64,000 nucleotides of DNA, taken from NCBI GenBank assembly GCA_965178125.1, contig OZ237750.1, forward strand, positions 1-64,000. The letters run 5' to 3'. Positions within the stretch are counted from its first letter, which is position 1. Every line of letters starts with the position of its first letter. Source of the DNA: Bilabrum cf. latius (Eukaryota). The translations under genes were made by a program, and so were the position numbers. This document shows, one piece after another, positions 47,401 through 61,419 of this stretch. The notes below the pieces were generated by a model. It worked only from the letters and a program-made list of their open reading frames with translations, did not search any database and was not told where the DNA came from.

Positions 47401-50400
47401 GAGGCCCTCTGGGCTGAGCGTGGTGACAGAGCGGACAGAAGTGGACGAGACATCCTCCAAGCTGGAGGGGAACTCGGATCACCTGCGCTCCAGCTCCGTG
47501 GCGGGAAGCAAGAGCCGCCACGGCGGGTCGGGCCTCGAGTCAGGCAGTACCGGCCCGGCATCGACGCGCAAGAGCGGGATCGGCTCTAGCGGTGGGGTCA
47601 CTGCGCAGGACAGCGGCAAGCACTCGGACCCGGCGGGCTTCTCACCGGTCAACGCGAGCGCTGCGACCGGTAGACGAGACTCGGGAGGGGTGGCATCGGA
47701 GCGTGGCAGCGACGGCGACCGCAACCTACGCCGCACCTCGTAGCGCCGATCTCGGCAGTCGCGCTCCTCGGACGCCCGCATGACCGTGCCGCCCATGGTG
47801 CTGGTGCGCCGGGGCAGCAGCGGAGGAGATAGCCCGTAGAGTGGCAGGGCTAGTCGGGGAACGGCTGGGCGGGGCAGTCGGCAGGGGGATGGACGAGCCA
47901 GTCGGGGGATCGGCCAGGGCAAGCCGCCCGCACCTCCCTCCAGGCGTCGCAGCTACTCGCATGCCGAACAGGGCCGATCCGCGCTTGGAGAAGAGAAGAA
48001 CGCTGGCGGGGCGGATTCATCATCGCAGCATCCAGGCGGCGGATTGCAGGGCGCAAGTGACAGCAATGGCTCGATTGGCTCGCAGGCCGGCCACCGCCGT
48101 CTGTCCATCCCGGACCTGGCCGTGCTTCGCGCCCCGGCCGCACAGGCAGCCCGGGATGCGTCGGGCTAGGTGCTGAAGGGCATTTTGCGGAGGAAGCAGT
48201 CGGATAAGGACGGAAAGGCCTTTGCCGGCAAGGACCACGAAAGCTTCGCAAGAGACGAGGAAGAGGCCGGCAAGCGGTGGACAGAGGCCTCCCAGCACCT
48301 GCACTAGGACGGCGGCAGGCCGAACCTGAGACGGTCGTTCAAGATGGACGATCGACCGACCGTGCTCGAGCTGCGCGAGTTTGAAGCCCTTGCTGCCTCC
48401 AAGGAGCTGCCGCTTGACGGTGAGGAGCTGATGGCGGACGAAGGCGCAGTCGACAGTACAGGACCTCCAAATGGAGCCGTGTCGAGGACGCCGTTCGGAG
48501 CGGGTGCCGGCGCAAGACCAGCACCGCAGAGCTTCGTGCCCATGGAGCCGTCCTCTGGATCCGGGTCCGAGCAGGAGCATACCAGCTTCGGGCAGGGCTC
48601 GGCGATGGTGTCGGAGCCCTCGCAAGAGAGCGCGGGACACCACGTTCGATCTGCCGAGAGCGGACCAGTCACGATGCAGAGCATTGAATTGGACCACAAG
48701 CTGGTGGAGAGGGCGCGAGCCGTGCATCAGTCACTCGTCACACCCCGTGGGGCAGACTCTAACTCACCGATGTCGTCCCGACGAGGCGAGCTGAACTTCT
48801 AGCGTTTGAAAAAGTCAGGCAAGGTGTCTCTGCTCAAGTCGGCCGGGACGGTGATGCAGATGGCTGGCCGCCTCAAGCGATCCAGCATGCCTTCGATGAG
48901 GTCCATGCGCACGGACCGCACCGACAAGACGGACCTCTCCGATGCCAGCTCGGGCCTTGCCTTGGACAGCTCGTCAACGGGCGGCAGGAACTCTGTCATC
49001 GTAAGGAGCGCCACAACGGGTGCTGCCGGAAGGAATGGCCCCTCCCAGCACCACCAGGCGAGTCGTCAGGCCCTGCTAGCAGCATCCCAAGACAACACGC
49101 GCACCCGCACCACGTCTTCATCAGGAACAGACCAGAGTGGGTATCCCCACGGCAAGATGAGCCCACGGGCCGGCAGCGTGACAGCGAGCGACTCGACCGC
49201 TCAGAAGAACGCGCAGTCGGTGGCTCAATTCGTGGAGGATATCGCGGCCATCTATAGGTACAGCGACATGCGAGACCGCGAGCTGGACAAACTTCCATGC
49301 GGTGTGTTTCACCCGGATTCGGATTGGAGGCTTGCGTGGGACTGTGGGGTGCTGCTGCTCGTGTGCTGGTATGCGCTGGTGGTGCCCTTCAGGATCGCCT
49401 TCGAGCCGGAGCAGCTCGAATGGGAGGCGATTATGGACTGGTGCGCGGTAGCGATCTTCTTCATCGACATGTTCTTCAACTTCTCCACCGGGTTCCGGGA
49501 CAGGCTGGGGACTCTCGTCACGGACAGGTACCAGATCGCCATGCGCTACCTGCAGGGCTGGTTCATCCTCGATTTCCTGGCCACGGTGCCGCTGGACGCC
49601 ATCCTAGCGGGCACCTCTGCCTCTGAGCAGGCGGGCCAGATCAACCGGCTGCTGCGGCTGGCCAGGATCGCAAAGCTGGCTCGCTTGCTGCGGCTGCTCC
49701 GGCTGTTCCCTCGCATCATGGGGGCCCTGGAGGGCAGCATCCGTCTCAACCCGAGCCTTATCCGGTTCATGCGATCCATCGTGCTGCTGCTGTACGTGTA
49801 GCACATTGTAGCGTGCGGGTACTACTTTGTCGCGCTGGAGATATACGGCGGTGTGCAAACGTGCATCAACAGCTCTGGTACGGGCACAAGGCTTTGCTAC
49901 CAGAAAGAGTGCCTGGCCGTCGCATGCGAGGCAGCGCCGGATTTAACGATGGCGGATGCAAACAGCACCGCAGCCACTGCTAGGGCCCTGCAGTCTCGCC
50001 AACCTGCCGATCTCCCTGTGGTACAGCTGGACGACTGGCTGCCCCACCCCGAGCTGGCAGCGAATGGACTCTCCGCGCAGTACTCGACATCGTTCTGGTG
50101 GGCCATCCAGGCGACGGTGGGCGTCGGGGCCGACATCAGGCCTCGCACACCGACGGAGGTATGGTACTCGACCGGCGTGGTGCTCGTGGGTATCGTGCTC
50201 TACTCGCTGATCATCGGTTCCGCCTCGTCGGCACTTGCCAACATCGACTCGGCTGCGACTGCCCAAAGGTAGACGCTGGAGAAGTACACGTCATACCTGC
50301 AGACACACGGCGTTTCTGCGCAGTTCCGTAGGCTGATCGCGGACTTCCTGCAACACAAGCACCAGTCGCCCAGCTCAGAGGACGAGATCCTGCAGAACCT

Positions 50401-52684
50401 GCCGCCCACGCTGCGGCTTCGCCTGGGCATCGTGCTGAACCAGCGGCTGCTGGCCTCCATCCCAACCTTCCAGCATCTTCCTGCCAAGCAGTTCATCGTG
50501 CTAATGCGCCGGATCAGCCACGCGACCTTCCTTCCTGGCGAGCACATCCTGCACCAGGGGGATAGGGGGGACGTGGTGTTTTGGGTCAAGCGTGGCCTGG
50601 TGGATCTGCTGGTCGGCACGCGGACCATTGTGACCACGCTCAGCGTCGGCGGGGCGTTCGGGCTCAATCGCATCTATTTCGAGCCGCGGAGGATGCTGAG
50701 CGCGCGCGCAGTGGATTTTGTAGACGTTCTGATGGTAGAGTATCGGCAGCTGCAGTCGCTAATGCGACAGGTGCCTGACTTCAGGAACGCGCTGAGCGAC
50801 CTCGTGCGCGACCGCAGGGAGCTCGTGGACGAGGCACACGAGTTCGAGCGGGTGCTGGCGGAGGGAATGAATGGCGACGATGGCGAGATCGGGGGCCAAG
50901 CGGGAGCCCAGGGCGGCGAGGGAGAATACAAGGGGGATCCGCGGGGAGCGGGCTCAGACGGGCCTGCCAGGCTGGGGCACAGGCGTCACGCTGGCCATCG
51001 CCTCAGCGACTATTTCTCGCAGCAGGGTTCCTACCAGGCCGGTGCCTCCAGCGAGCAGACGGGCTAGTCCCACTACGACGAGGACGCTGCTGCGAGGAGG
51101 GCAGCAATGGCGGCTGCAGCGACCGAGAACCCCGAGGAGTTTGAGCAGCAGCTCAAGACGCCCAGACAGAGCGGACTGGGTGCTGCGGTTGCTGCTGCCG
51201 GTATGGCAGGTGTCCTCAAGTCGCGGCTGCACGGCATGCGCTCTCGCTTGGCCCAGAAGGGCGCGGCCAAATCGCCAGACCAGACGAACACAACGGGCGG
51301 CAGCAGCAGCCCCCGTGTGGCCTTCGACATCAGCACCGCTTCCAAGGGGGCGGGGAGGGCAGAGGGAGACAATGGAACGGGCGGTGGTAACTACCGCAGC
51401 ACGCAAGTTGTCCCTGTGACGTCAGCCGTATCCCCGATGTCATCTGCAGCAGGATCCACAGTTCAGGGCGAGGGCCGGTGGGCAGCTGGGACTGGGTGGA
51501 GGGAAGAAAAGGGCGCGACACCAAGCAGGACAGGAGATTCCACCGGAGGTGCGAATACCCCTCCTCTACAGTCTCCAGGGCTTCCCTCCATCGGAGGCTC
51601 CGACTCCAAGGGGCATGCGAGGCAGCACAGCGTGCCGCTGCTCGGTGGCTCGGACATGGGCCAAAGCGCCTCCGACGTGCACTCGGACGGTCGGGACGGC
51701 AGCAGGCACGCGCCTCGAGGCAAAGCCACGTACAAATCCAGCCGTGGGTTGGGGCCCAGCGGGATCGCGGGCAGCAGGGCCCCGGGTGAAGGGCAGGGAG
51801 ATGGTGCGCCGACCATGGACCGACCACAGGCCCCGCCTGGCCTGCGGGGCTTTGCCTCCATGCGGCTTGACCGTCCCACGGGACTGCAGCCGGGCAGGCG
51901 GCCGGGCCAGGGCGGCAACGGGCCGATGGGTCATGCGGGCGGCGCGGGCGGACAGCTGGGTGCGGTAGGCCAATACGGTCGCATCACGCGGGAGCACCAG
52001 TCGTACAGGGACGATCTGGTGAGGAAGGCCACGTTTGTGGTGCCTGCGGTGCGCGGGTCTCTGCTAGGCGGAGGCGGCGGCGGGGCGATGGGTGGCTTGC
52101 AAGTGGGCACGGGTAGGGGCCTGGGACAGAGGGGCAGGAGTTTCGGTTCCGGCCTTCAGATCCGGCCGGTGGGGCTCGCTGAGGTGACCGCCCGCCCCCC
52201 TGCTCTTGGTCGAGCAAGGGACAGACGGGAAGAGAACGTCCTGAAGAGAGGGCGCAGGATGCTGGGGTCCGCGGGGTCTGACTCCACCGGTGGATCTGAT
52301 ATCGGTGGTGACTCCATGCGCGATCTGGAGGACTTCGGCATCACGTCGCCTCCCATGCAGCAGCCGCCTGTGCAGTGGGACGCGCAGGGGCAGTACGTGC
52401 ACCACGCTTCGGGCGGGCAGGGCATCATGCTGCAGCCTGGGTATGGATAGGGGCAGGGGTATGGAAATGGAGCAGGCCAGGGATATGATATGGAGATGGC
52501 TCGGTACCATTCCGGTGCGCCTGGGAATGCGGGCGAAGCAGGCGGGCTCGACTCTGCCGCTGCCAATGGAAAGGAGAGCCAGGTGAGGGGGGCGCAGCAG
52601 CCCCACGGCGGCCCCGCTGGTGGCGATGTTGCTGGCGGAACCGCTGCACATGGCCCAATGGAGACAATCGATGAGGAGCAATAA
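44480..52684 (+). CDS. Cyclic-nucleotide-binding-domain voltage-gated cation channel (CNG/EAG/HCN superfamily) with very long disordered termini, about 2730 aa
   Basis: Ten track ORFs in one frame joined by TAG, ending TAA 52682-52684. FHPDS.WR..WD, YLQGWFILDFLATVP, S4 RLLRLARIAKLARLLRLLRL, pore helix, C-linker and CNBD (FLPGEHILHQGD...GGAFG...RRMLSARA). Start codon uncertain. Confidence 0.88.
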
Positions 52685-52913
52685 ATAATTTGGCGCTGAT
52701 AAAGCCATTCAAATCAAGCTCGCCGGAGGATCCGGCTTGCGGTTCGCTGCGCTTCGTCCAACGTTCGCTCTTGATCTGAGTGTCTTCCTACGGTCGTAGA
52801 CGACCGCTTCAAACCGCCGTGCCCAACCTCATATTCTATTTCGCATTGTTGCTTGCACCAGCTGCCTTGCGGTCGAAACTAGTCACTGTCAGTGAGGCAG
52901 GAGTCGTTGAACC

Positions 52914-53996
52914 ATGGCAACACCAGCTAGAGCGCCAGCAGGGCCAAGCGGAGATGATGCGTCGCTTGTAGACTTTACCGAAGAAATGGTAGACTCTGGG
53001 CTGTACTTGGAATACTAGGAGCTGAACGAAGCAGCGCCGATGGATATCACGGTGGTCCCGGACACGCGCTGTGTTCGATTATGGCATGGGCTGTGCTGCC
53101 CTGCACAGGGAATGTACGCTGGTGGAGCCTTTAAGTTTGTCATTGGATTTCCCCACGACTACCCACTCGGCTCATCGCTACCTGTTTTGCGCTTTGTTGG
53201 AGATGTGCCATTCCACCCGCTCATTGTGGAATCTACTGGCGAGGCTAGCACTCGATATCCGCTGGTGAACGGAATTTATGATGGTTTGAAGCGCCACACT
53301 GCATTGTCTGTCGTTGGCTGGGCGAAGAGATTGCTTGCAATGAGTGAAAAGGAGCTCGCCTTGGCTTCAGCGCCAGATTTCTGCTTGAACGAGGAGGCTG
53401 CTAGGATGTTGATTGGTGGTAAAGCGACACATGAATACGTCAAGGCGTGCTTAGAAAGTGCACATTTATCCAAGGCGTCCTTATTTGTTCGAAAACCTCC
53501 AGATGATCCGTCGGAGGCAGCGCGGATGCGGGACCGATCCCTCGCGCAGGAGGAAAAAGCTTACGCGAGGCTCTTGGGCAAAGTTGAGGGCACTGCGGAC
53601 GTAGCGCGCTCACCTGTCCTATCTGCTGCTAGATCCGACATGAGCGAGGGCGGAGAATCCGATGGTGTCCTCCTCCGCGCCCTAGCAGTTGTGCCGTCCT
53701 CGCACGCTCTAGCGACGTTCATGCCGCACGACGGTGCATCCGACTGGGCGGCATTTCTGGAGCGCGAGCGGAATCCGGGTGCGTTGGAGAGGTTCTTGCT
53801 GGGCTGGGGCGGGCGAGGGGGCGTGTCGGATGCTCCAGCTGCAGGTAGAGGTGGAGTCGGGAAGGACGGTTCGGGCGCTGAAGCGGCTGGAGACAAGGCA
53901 ACTGCACCTGCTGCCTCTGCCGGAAGCGGGGGTGTGGACGGGGTTTTGGACGGGGTTGGGGATGACAAGGTTGTAGATGAGGGGAGCAGCAGTTGA
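52914..53996 (+). CDS. AKTIP: Inactive E2 variant, AKTIP/FTS-like
   Basis: LWHG...GMYAGGAFKF.I.FPHDYP...FHPLI..STGE with no catalytic Cys. One in-frame TAG before 53040; ends TGA. Confidence 0.8.
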
Positions 53997-54144
53997 TAGT
54001 GCGCACATACGTGACCCAAAGGCTTTCATTCCGACACGATCTCGTCTACCTAAAATAAGAATTGTCTAGAATCTACCCATCTATGTGACGACATTCTCGG
54101 GTAAACCAGGATTATCGGGCGAGATAAAGAATCGCCAGCCGTGT

Positions 54145-55164
54145 TTATGATACGCCCGCCCCGACCCCTGGCCCAGACTCTATCCCTCTCTCACCTGCCG
54201 CCCCAGCGCCCCTAGTAATAGTAGCCTTGGAAGCCCCGACCGTCACCACCCCACCTCCAATCCCTGCCTTACGCTTGGACCCCCGCAAGGCAGCGACTCG
54301 GAGCCGCTCAGACTGTTCCCTCATGGCTCGCAGATAGCCACCCGCACCCCGTAGCCTCTGCCGCTGGGCGTACAGCAGCGCAGCGGCAGGAAGCACCTCC
54401 AGCGCGGCATAGCCCATCACAGTGCCCACAGCGCTCCCCCAGCCGGGCCGCTCGTCCGGGTGGCCTTGCCGAGCCACTGCCCATATGGACGCGACCAGGA
54501 TCGCGCACGCCCTAACAAAGAGGCATGTGGCTACAAGGGCCGTCATTGCGACGATTTCCGTCGCCTTGCCCAATCGTAGCAGCAGAGCCACCGGCGTCTC
54601 CACGAGCAAGAGGCGTAAGCGCATGCCGTATACAACGAACGCCACGCTTGCTGCCAGAAATGTGAGGGCGTGCAAGAGTGCAGTTATAAGAGACCATATT
54701 AATGTCCCTTTCAGTGTCTCTCCGTACAAGATCCATGCAAGCAGCTGCAGCAATCCAATAGCTGCCATGAACCACAATGCAGCAGGTTTTACACTTCCAT
54801 CGAAGAACCCCTTTTCATCCAGAAAATTATGCGCTATCTCAGCCCATTGGAGGACGATATAAGCGAATGCAGCAACGAGTACCAAGCCAGGTAGCTCGTC
54901 CAGAACGTAGAGCAGGTGGGCCTCAGGAGCGTATGCCACCATGCGAATGAACAGCACCTCGGCGTGCCCGTCACCCTCTGACGGGGCAATGAAGAAAAAC
55001 AGTGCTCGGAGAGTCGAAACGACAAGAACTAATCCATGAAGCAGCTTCTGTGTCGTGATGGACGATGAATATCGCTAGAATCGCCCCAGCTAAACCCCTG
55101 CCACGAGCGCTAGGATCAAGTACAAGCACCCCGTCACATAAAATGCGACAGCTGATGACTACAT
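54145..55164 (-). CDS. TOM1/THH1 (tobamovirus multiplication 1)/GPR137-like 7TM protein; 5' end uncertain
   Basis: V(TAG)LGRF(TAG)R...TTQKLLH, LDELPGL...YIVLQWAEI, CLFVRA and LEVLP. Ends TAA. Confidence 0.85.
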
Positions 55165-55378
55165 AGTTGATTGACCTGCGGTGCTTATGCGGAATTTCCT
55201 ACCATTATACACAAATATGGATGCAATCAAGAAGTTTCGGACTTGTGCAATTGGTAAAGATGAAGACAACATGTGACAACGGCAAAATTCTAGTTTTCAG
55301 TCTCGTATTTGCTGAAGTTGGAATGGATACGCCATGAGCCTTGCGGATTTTGTTCATTAAGAGAAAAGGCTCAGAACC

Positions 55379-58300
55379 ATGAACAAATACGAGCTGTTAG
55401 GTACAGTTGGGGAAGGGTGAGCAACCGCTTTGTCTGTCTACTATCTGCTCGATGCGTGCATTCTTGGCCCTAAGTCCTCTACCTCTGTATCGAAATCGAT
55501 TTTAGTGGATGATATTGCTCGCAGGACCTATGGCGTTGTCGTCAAGGCGCGCGTTCGCAGCTCGCGCCGCCTCGTTGCAGTGAAAGGCTTTCGAGAGAAG
55601 GACACAGTTGCTCATGTCCGCAAGACAGCGCTTCGCGAAGTGCGGCTCCTGAAAAATATTCGCCATGAAAACATTGTGGAGCTCATTGAGGCGGTTCGGC
55701 GAAAGAGCAAGCTCTACCTTGTTTTTGAGTATGTGCAGCGGACTCTGCTCGAGGACCTAGAGAGACGGCCAGACGGCCTCGACACAAAAACAGTGAAGCG
55801 CTACGTATTCCAGCTGCTACGAGCTGTGGCTTACTTGCACCAGGTCAATGTCATGCATCGCGATCTCAAGCCAGAAAACGTGCTCATCTCCCGGCATGGG
55901 GTCCTCAAGCTCTGCGATTTCGGGTTTGCACGGGCGTGCCCGGGGCCCTCCACGGGGGATCAGCCCCAAGCTGCCAATGGACCCGCGTCCAGGCAAGGCC
56001 TGCTGGCGCCTGCTCATGGTGGCAGCGGCTCGGCCGCCGCCGTGCTGACCGACTACGTGTCCACCCGCTGGTACAGGGCCCCCGAGCTGCTGGTGGGGGA
56101 CCCTGCCTACGGGATGCCAGTGGACGTGTGGGCCGCGGGGTGTCTCGCGGCCGAGCTGTGCAACGGGCTAGCACTGTTCCCTGGTAAAGACGACGCGGAT
56201 CAGCTGTCGAGGATATGCGCTTGCCTTGGTCCGCTTCCCGAGAGGCTGGGGCGGCTGCAGCGCGAGTCGCCGCATGTCCGCAGCGCCGTGCTTCCGTCTA
56301 CCGGTGGAGCACCGGGGAGTCAGGGCGGCAGCTAGTCTGTTCCTCAAGAGCTCCACCCGGAGACCCTGGCGGAGAAGCTCCCAGGGCTGGACCCCCAGCT
56401 GCTCGACCTGATCGGGGCCTGCGTGCGGCTGGATCCAGCAGAGCGGGCCACTGCGGGTGAGCTGCTGCAGCACCCGTTCTTCTCTGGTTTCGCCACCCGG
56501 TTCATGCCCAAGCTGAGTGCTGCCATGCGACGGGATGCAGCGCACTACCTGGGCAGGCAGCAGGCCTCGGGTGATGGATCCAGCGGGAAAGGGCAGGACT
56601 AGGGGCATGGGCAGGCGAGTGGCCTGCACGGGGACGGCTCGGGGGATGGGAAGCGCAGTGGCGTGGTCATCGGAGCGACCACCTCGGGCCAGCTGCTGCC
56701 GCGCCCGCACACCCCCCTTGCTGCCTCAGGCAAGGGGTCCACTTCGCAGCCCCTCCCGCACTCGCACACGCTCGTGTCGCCCGAGACCGGCAGGCCAGTC
56801 CCGCTACCAGGGAACAATGGGAGCGTGTGGCCCCCTGCCGGCGAGGGTAGCGACAGCAGCGGTGCATATGGAGGCGCGGCATCGCTGCACCCTTCCGCTC
56901 CTGCCGACGTGCTGCCCGCTCCTGGTGTTTTGATGACCCAGTCCGTCGTGGACGACGAGAGCGGCAGTGCCCCCTGGATGGAGGATTCCCGCTCTGGGAG
57001 GCGCAAGCGGCGGGGCAGCGGCATGCAGCACGGGCTGAGTCGCAGTATGGGCAGGGGGGATCACTTCGATGAGGGCATTGGCCTGCAGCTGCAGCCGGGC
57101 ATCGGGCCGCCAGACCGACCGCCGGGTGCAGTGTCAGAGGTAGACAGCGTGAGGAGCGATTTCAGCCGCATCTCTTACCTGACTGCGGGCACCGCGATGA
57201 CGCAGGGCTCTTTGGACTCTGTGTCCCGGTCCAGTCTGCCCGGGGGGGAGGGACCCGCGGCCAGCCAGCCGCCGCAGCTCGTTGAGCCAGCCGGCTCCGC
57301 GGCCGATTCCGTGGGCCAAGCGGGGTCCCAGCCCAGGGCTGGCGCGTCCACTGATAAGCGGGTCCATGTCGCGAGCAACTCTCGCGGGAAGGGCCGTGCC
57401 CGCACGCTGCAGCAGCAGCAACGGATCTACGGGGGCAGCAGGCAGCACGGCGCTCGTGGGGGCCGCTCCATCTCCATTGGCAGGACCCGGGCCCGTGCGC
57501 GCGGCAGGCACGGTCGCAGGCCAGCCCGGACCCGCAGCCAGAGCCGCGCTGCGGACGGCCACGCGCCGTCTTCTCGCCTGGCCTAGGGGGGGCACCAGCC
57601 GAACTCTAGCAGCCGTGGGGCTGCTCCAGCGAAGCAGGGCGGCGGGATTGCTGGGGCCACTGGCGTCGTGGGTTCCAGTCCAGACAGCAGCCGTGCAGGG
57701 CACACGCGCGGAGTCGAGGCATCCAGGGCTCATAGATCGGAGCGACCCTCCAGGAAGTCTTCGATGGCCGCCTCCCAGGGACGCGGCACCACAGCTGACG
57801 GCAACGAGTCCGAGGACAGCCTGGACCGGGAGGACGGAATGGGCCCGGGGGAGTTCCCCGGTGATGCAGCGGACGACGGGCCGGACCGCTTCGTGCTGGG
57901 GGAGGAGGATCCCAGCGGCGGCACCGGAGCGAGCAGCGGGATCTAGAAGCGGTCGCGCGGGGGCCGCCGGAGCGGCGGCGGAGGGGATGGCGGTGACGAC
58001 GGCCGCCCGTCGTGGCTGGTGGAGGAGCAGGTCGACCGGGGCGCGGACTCCACCACTCGCACGCACGCCAGCGAGAGTTTCACGGATCCAGGCGTCGCGG
58101 ACGAGGACGGTGAAGGTGATCCAGTCGGCAGGGCGGGAGGAGCTCGGGTGGGGCGGGCAGAGTCGGACGAGCTGAGCCACGGGAGGGCACCGGCGGACGG
58201 TCGCTCCGACGGGGATGCCTCCCGCAGTCTGAGAGGCTCTGTACAGGACTAGCGGTCCATCGAGTCACTCGTCACATAGGATCGGCACGTGGCGGTGTCC

Positions 58301-61177
58301 GGATTGCTGGACAGGCAGGGTAGCGGAACCAGTCTGGCGAGCGGTGCGGTAGGTGCTGGTGCTGGCAAGGAGGCGTTCGGGGGAAGGGACGGTGGCGGTG
58401 ACGCTGATGCCGGTGTGGGCGTGCTAGGCAGCACTGGGGGCCTGGATGAGATGCCGTCAATCGTCAGCGTGACATCAGTGCGGACCAGCGACAGCGGCCA
58501 GGGTCCCAACCAGGGGAGGCGCAGCCGCGGCCGCGGGGAGCGCCGCGGGGGCCAGAAGCAAGGGTAGCAGAAGGGACCAGGGCAGAGACACAGGGACCCG
58601 AATGCCGTGCAGGCATCTCCGGGTACGGAGCGGCGCCGGCTGCGCAACGCCGGGAGGGACGGCTTGCCCAGACTGCGGATTGGTGTGGGGCAAAGCACGG
58701 GGGACAGGCCACCTGATGGGAGGAGGTCGGCGGCCTCCCCCTCCCGAGACTCGAGGGACCGCAGCCGCCCAGGAGACGGCGAGGAGTTCCAGCCCCTCCT
58801 TTCGGCCCGCACTGCAGCGTCAGAAGCGGCCCAGCGGTCTGGTTCTCGCGATTTCCGCGACGATCCCAGGGTGCTGCTGCCAGTAGCGGCGGGGTCGAAC
58901 GGCAGACAGGTGCCGCGAAGCAGCCGCGGGAAGGACGTCATCATCCCAGGGGCAGGGAACAACGGGGGTGCCGACGGCGTCTCTGAGGGGCTGGGGCTGG
59001 GGCTCGGGCATAGGGGTAGACCTCCCCGGTCTGTGGCTTTCGTGTCGAGCGTTGACTCGGCCGATAGCGGCACCAGCAGCGGCGGCGCTCCGGGCGGTGC
59101 TGGCGTGAACGCCCCTAGCCATGGCAGGAGGGGTCGCCGCCGCAGCAGGGACAGCGTGGGTGCCGGTGGTTCCCGCCGGGACGTCTCCCCTCTTCGCCGG
59201 CCGGGTGGTGGGGATCCCAGTGACCGAGGCATCGCGGGGGGTCGCCACAGCCGAAACAGGGATTCTGGCTCCGGATCTGTGCACGGAGGACCTTCCGGCT
59301 CCGGATCCGATCCTCTCGCTGACACCGGTCGCACGCACGTCAGCGAGCTGGGGAACACGGCAACCCCCTCTGCGATTGGGGGCGGCGCCGGTGGCGGTGA
59401 GAACGGGCTGTCGGCCTCGCAGAGCCGCAGACAGGCATCGGGCGGGGAGGAGCCCTGGTCTCCCCTCTCTGCTGCGGGGAGCGGGGCGGGGAGCGTGGGT
59501 GCGGTCGGGTCGCCGATGGCGCGGGCTGCGCGTGGCAAGTGGCCCAACGGACCCGATGCTCTGGATCGGCAGCTCATGCAGCACCAGCAGCATCGCGGCG
59601 AAGACCTGCATGGCCAGCACCAGCAGCATCAGAAGCAGTCCTTTCCTGGCTCTGCTGCGGATCGCGAGGGCCTTGCATCGCGGGGCACTATCCTGGAGGT
59701 GGACGTCACCGACGGTGGCATGCGGTACTCGACCCCTGGTGCGGGTGGACAGTCGGGTGGTTCGGAGGCGGGGCGGCATAGGGACCGGCCCCACCGGGGC
59801 TCCTTCGGGATCGCTGCAGTGGGAATGCTGGCGGGCGGGAGCCAGGGGGCCGAGGGTGTCGGGCTGGGGCTGCAGATCCTGCATCAGGGCGGCAAGGGTC
59901 ACGCCCAGCATCACCACCACGGGTCGGTGCACCGGAGGGGCCTATCCGATGGCCTCGCCTTCGCGGGCCTGCACGATGCGATGATGCCCGCAGTTGGGGA
60001 GGAGCAGGAAGAAGACGAGCTTGAGGGCAGCATGTCGGGAAGGGGCTCAAGGGGCCGCAAGCAGAGCAGGGGTGGGGCTGGGGGCAGAGGAGAAGGGAAG
60101 GATGCTACGAGGGGCTACGGTGCAGAGCTTCCCAAATCGCTGACCCACGGGTCGCCTTCGGATGGCCCCAGGCACGGCCGGCGCCAGGGAGGGCAGTCAA
60201 AGCCCCACTGGGATGCCGCCCAGCAGCTGCAGCCACCCCGGGAAAGGGGCTACTCTGTGCCCCAGCAGGGAGAGGTCCTGGGCAGGAGCGCCTTATTGAT
60301 GTCGACAGCCCACTCCACGTCGGCTGCGCAGCTTTAGAGGTAGCACCAGCCAAGTCATGGCCATCACCAGCAGCAACAGCAGCAGCAGCAGCCGCATTCT
60401 ACCTCGAGACACCAGGGCCGGGGCCTGGGACTGCAGCTGCATGGTGAAGGGGCAGGGTCTGGGTCCAACGGTGGATCTCTGTCCAGCAGCCAAGACCTCC
60501 GGTACGGAGGCCCTGTGTCTCGCAGCAGCAACGCCAATGGCACCGCGCACCAGCCGCCGCAGCAGAGCACGAGGCCCATCCCCAAGTCGGCCCACGGTGC
60601 GCCCTCGCAGGGCGGCTACAACGACAGGGTGCTGCGGACCGGTCTGGTTGGTGCCCATGTGCGCGGCATCGACGGGCAGCCGTACCACCAGTACTAGCAG
60701 CAGAGCCACCGCCAGTCGCAGCCTCAGAGGGTGCACACCGGTCACGGTGCCGGCCATTCGCACGCGCCCAGCCCTTATGCTGCCGCATAGACGCTTGGGC
60801 CGAGGAGTCGAGGTGGAAGGGGCGTCCGTGGGGGCCGGCGCATGCCCACCCCACTGGTGGGCGGCACTGCGGGTGCGGGTGCTTCGCACAAGCGACCGGG
60901 TGGGCTCGCCGCGGCGGCGGGTTACTCTTCCGGGGCTCGTCGGTAGGGCTTGCCCCTTGGGGGGTTGGGAGCGGGCGGTGCTGGGGGGCGGCGACTGGGC
61001 GGGGCGCGCCGGCTGCCTTCTGGTGGGGGTGGGCTGGGTGCTGGGGGCATGATGCACCTGGGGCCCAGGTCCATGTCGTCCGTGCAGCAGGCTGGGGAAC
61101 ACGGCGGTAGTGGCGCTAGGGGAGGTGTCATTGGGTTTGGGCGGTTTGGTGCGCGCCAGGAGCTCGTGAGGGGCTGA
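55379..61177 (+). CDS. CDKL-family (CDKL5/LF5-like) Ser/Thr kinase with long disordered tail, about 1896 aa
   Basis: Intron 55417-55524 restores MNKYELLG.VGEGTYG. Motifs HRDLKPEN, LCDFGFAR and TDYVSTRWYRAPELL. Subdomain XI (LDPAERATAGELLQHPFF) lies after TAG 56333. Ends TGA. Confidence 0.92.
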
Positions 61178-61419
61178 GAGCAGGATCCCTCTACGTAGCC
61201 CTACCACGCAGCCGAAAGGATGAGCACTGATTTCAAGCATTTAAATTTTTTGTGTTTCTGGCCTGATTCTCCTCAAGGTATGGTACTATTCCGGCATCCC
61301 TCCATATCTTTAGATGCGGTGACCACATCCGGGATTGTGGTCCCCTCGGAGTCACGACAGAATCCAGATCTCAGATCAGATTCCAAATCCGGATCTGAGG
61401 TACAAAATATATTAATGCA

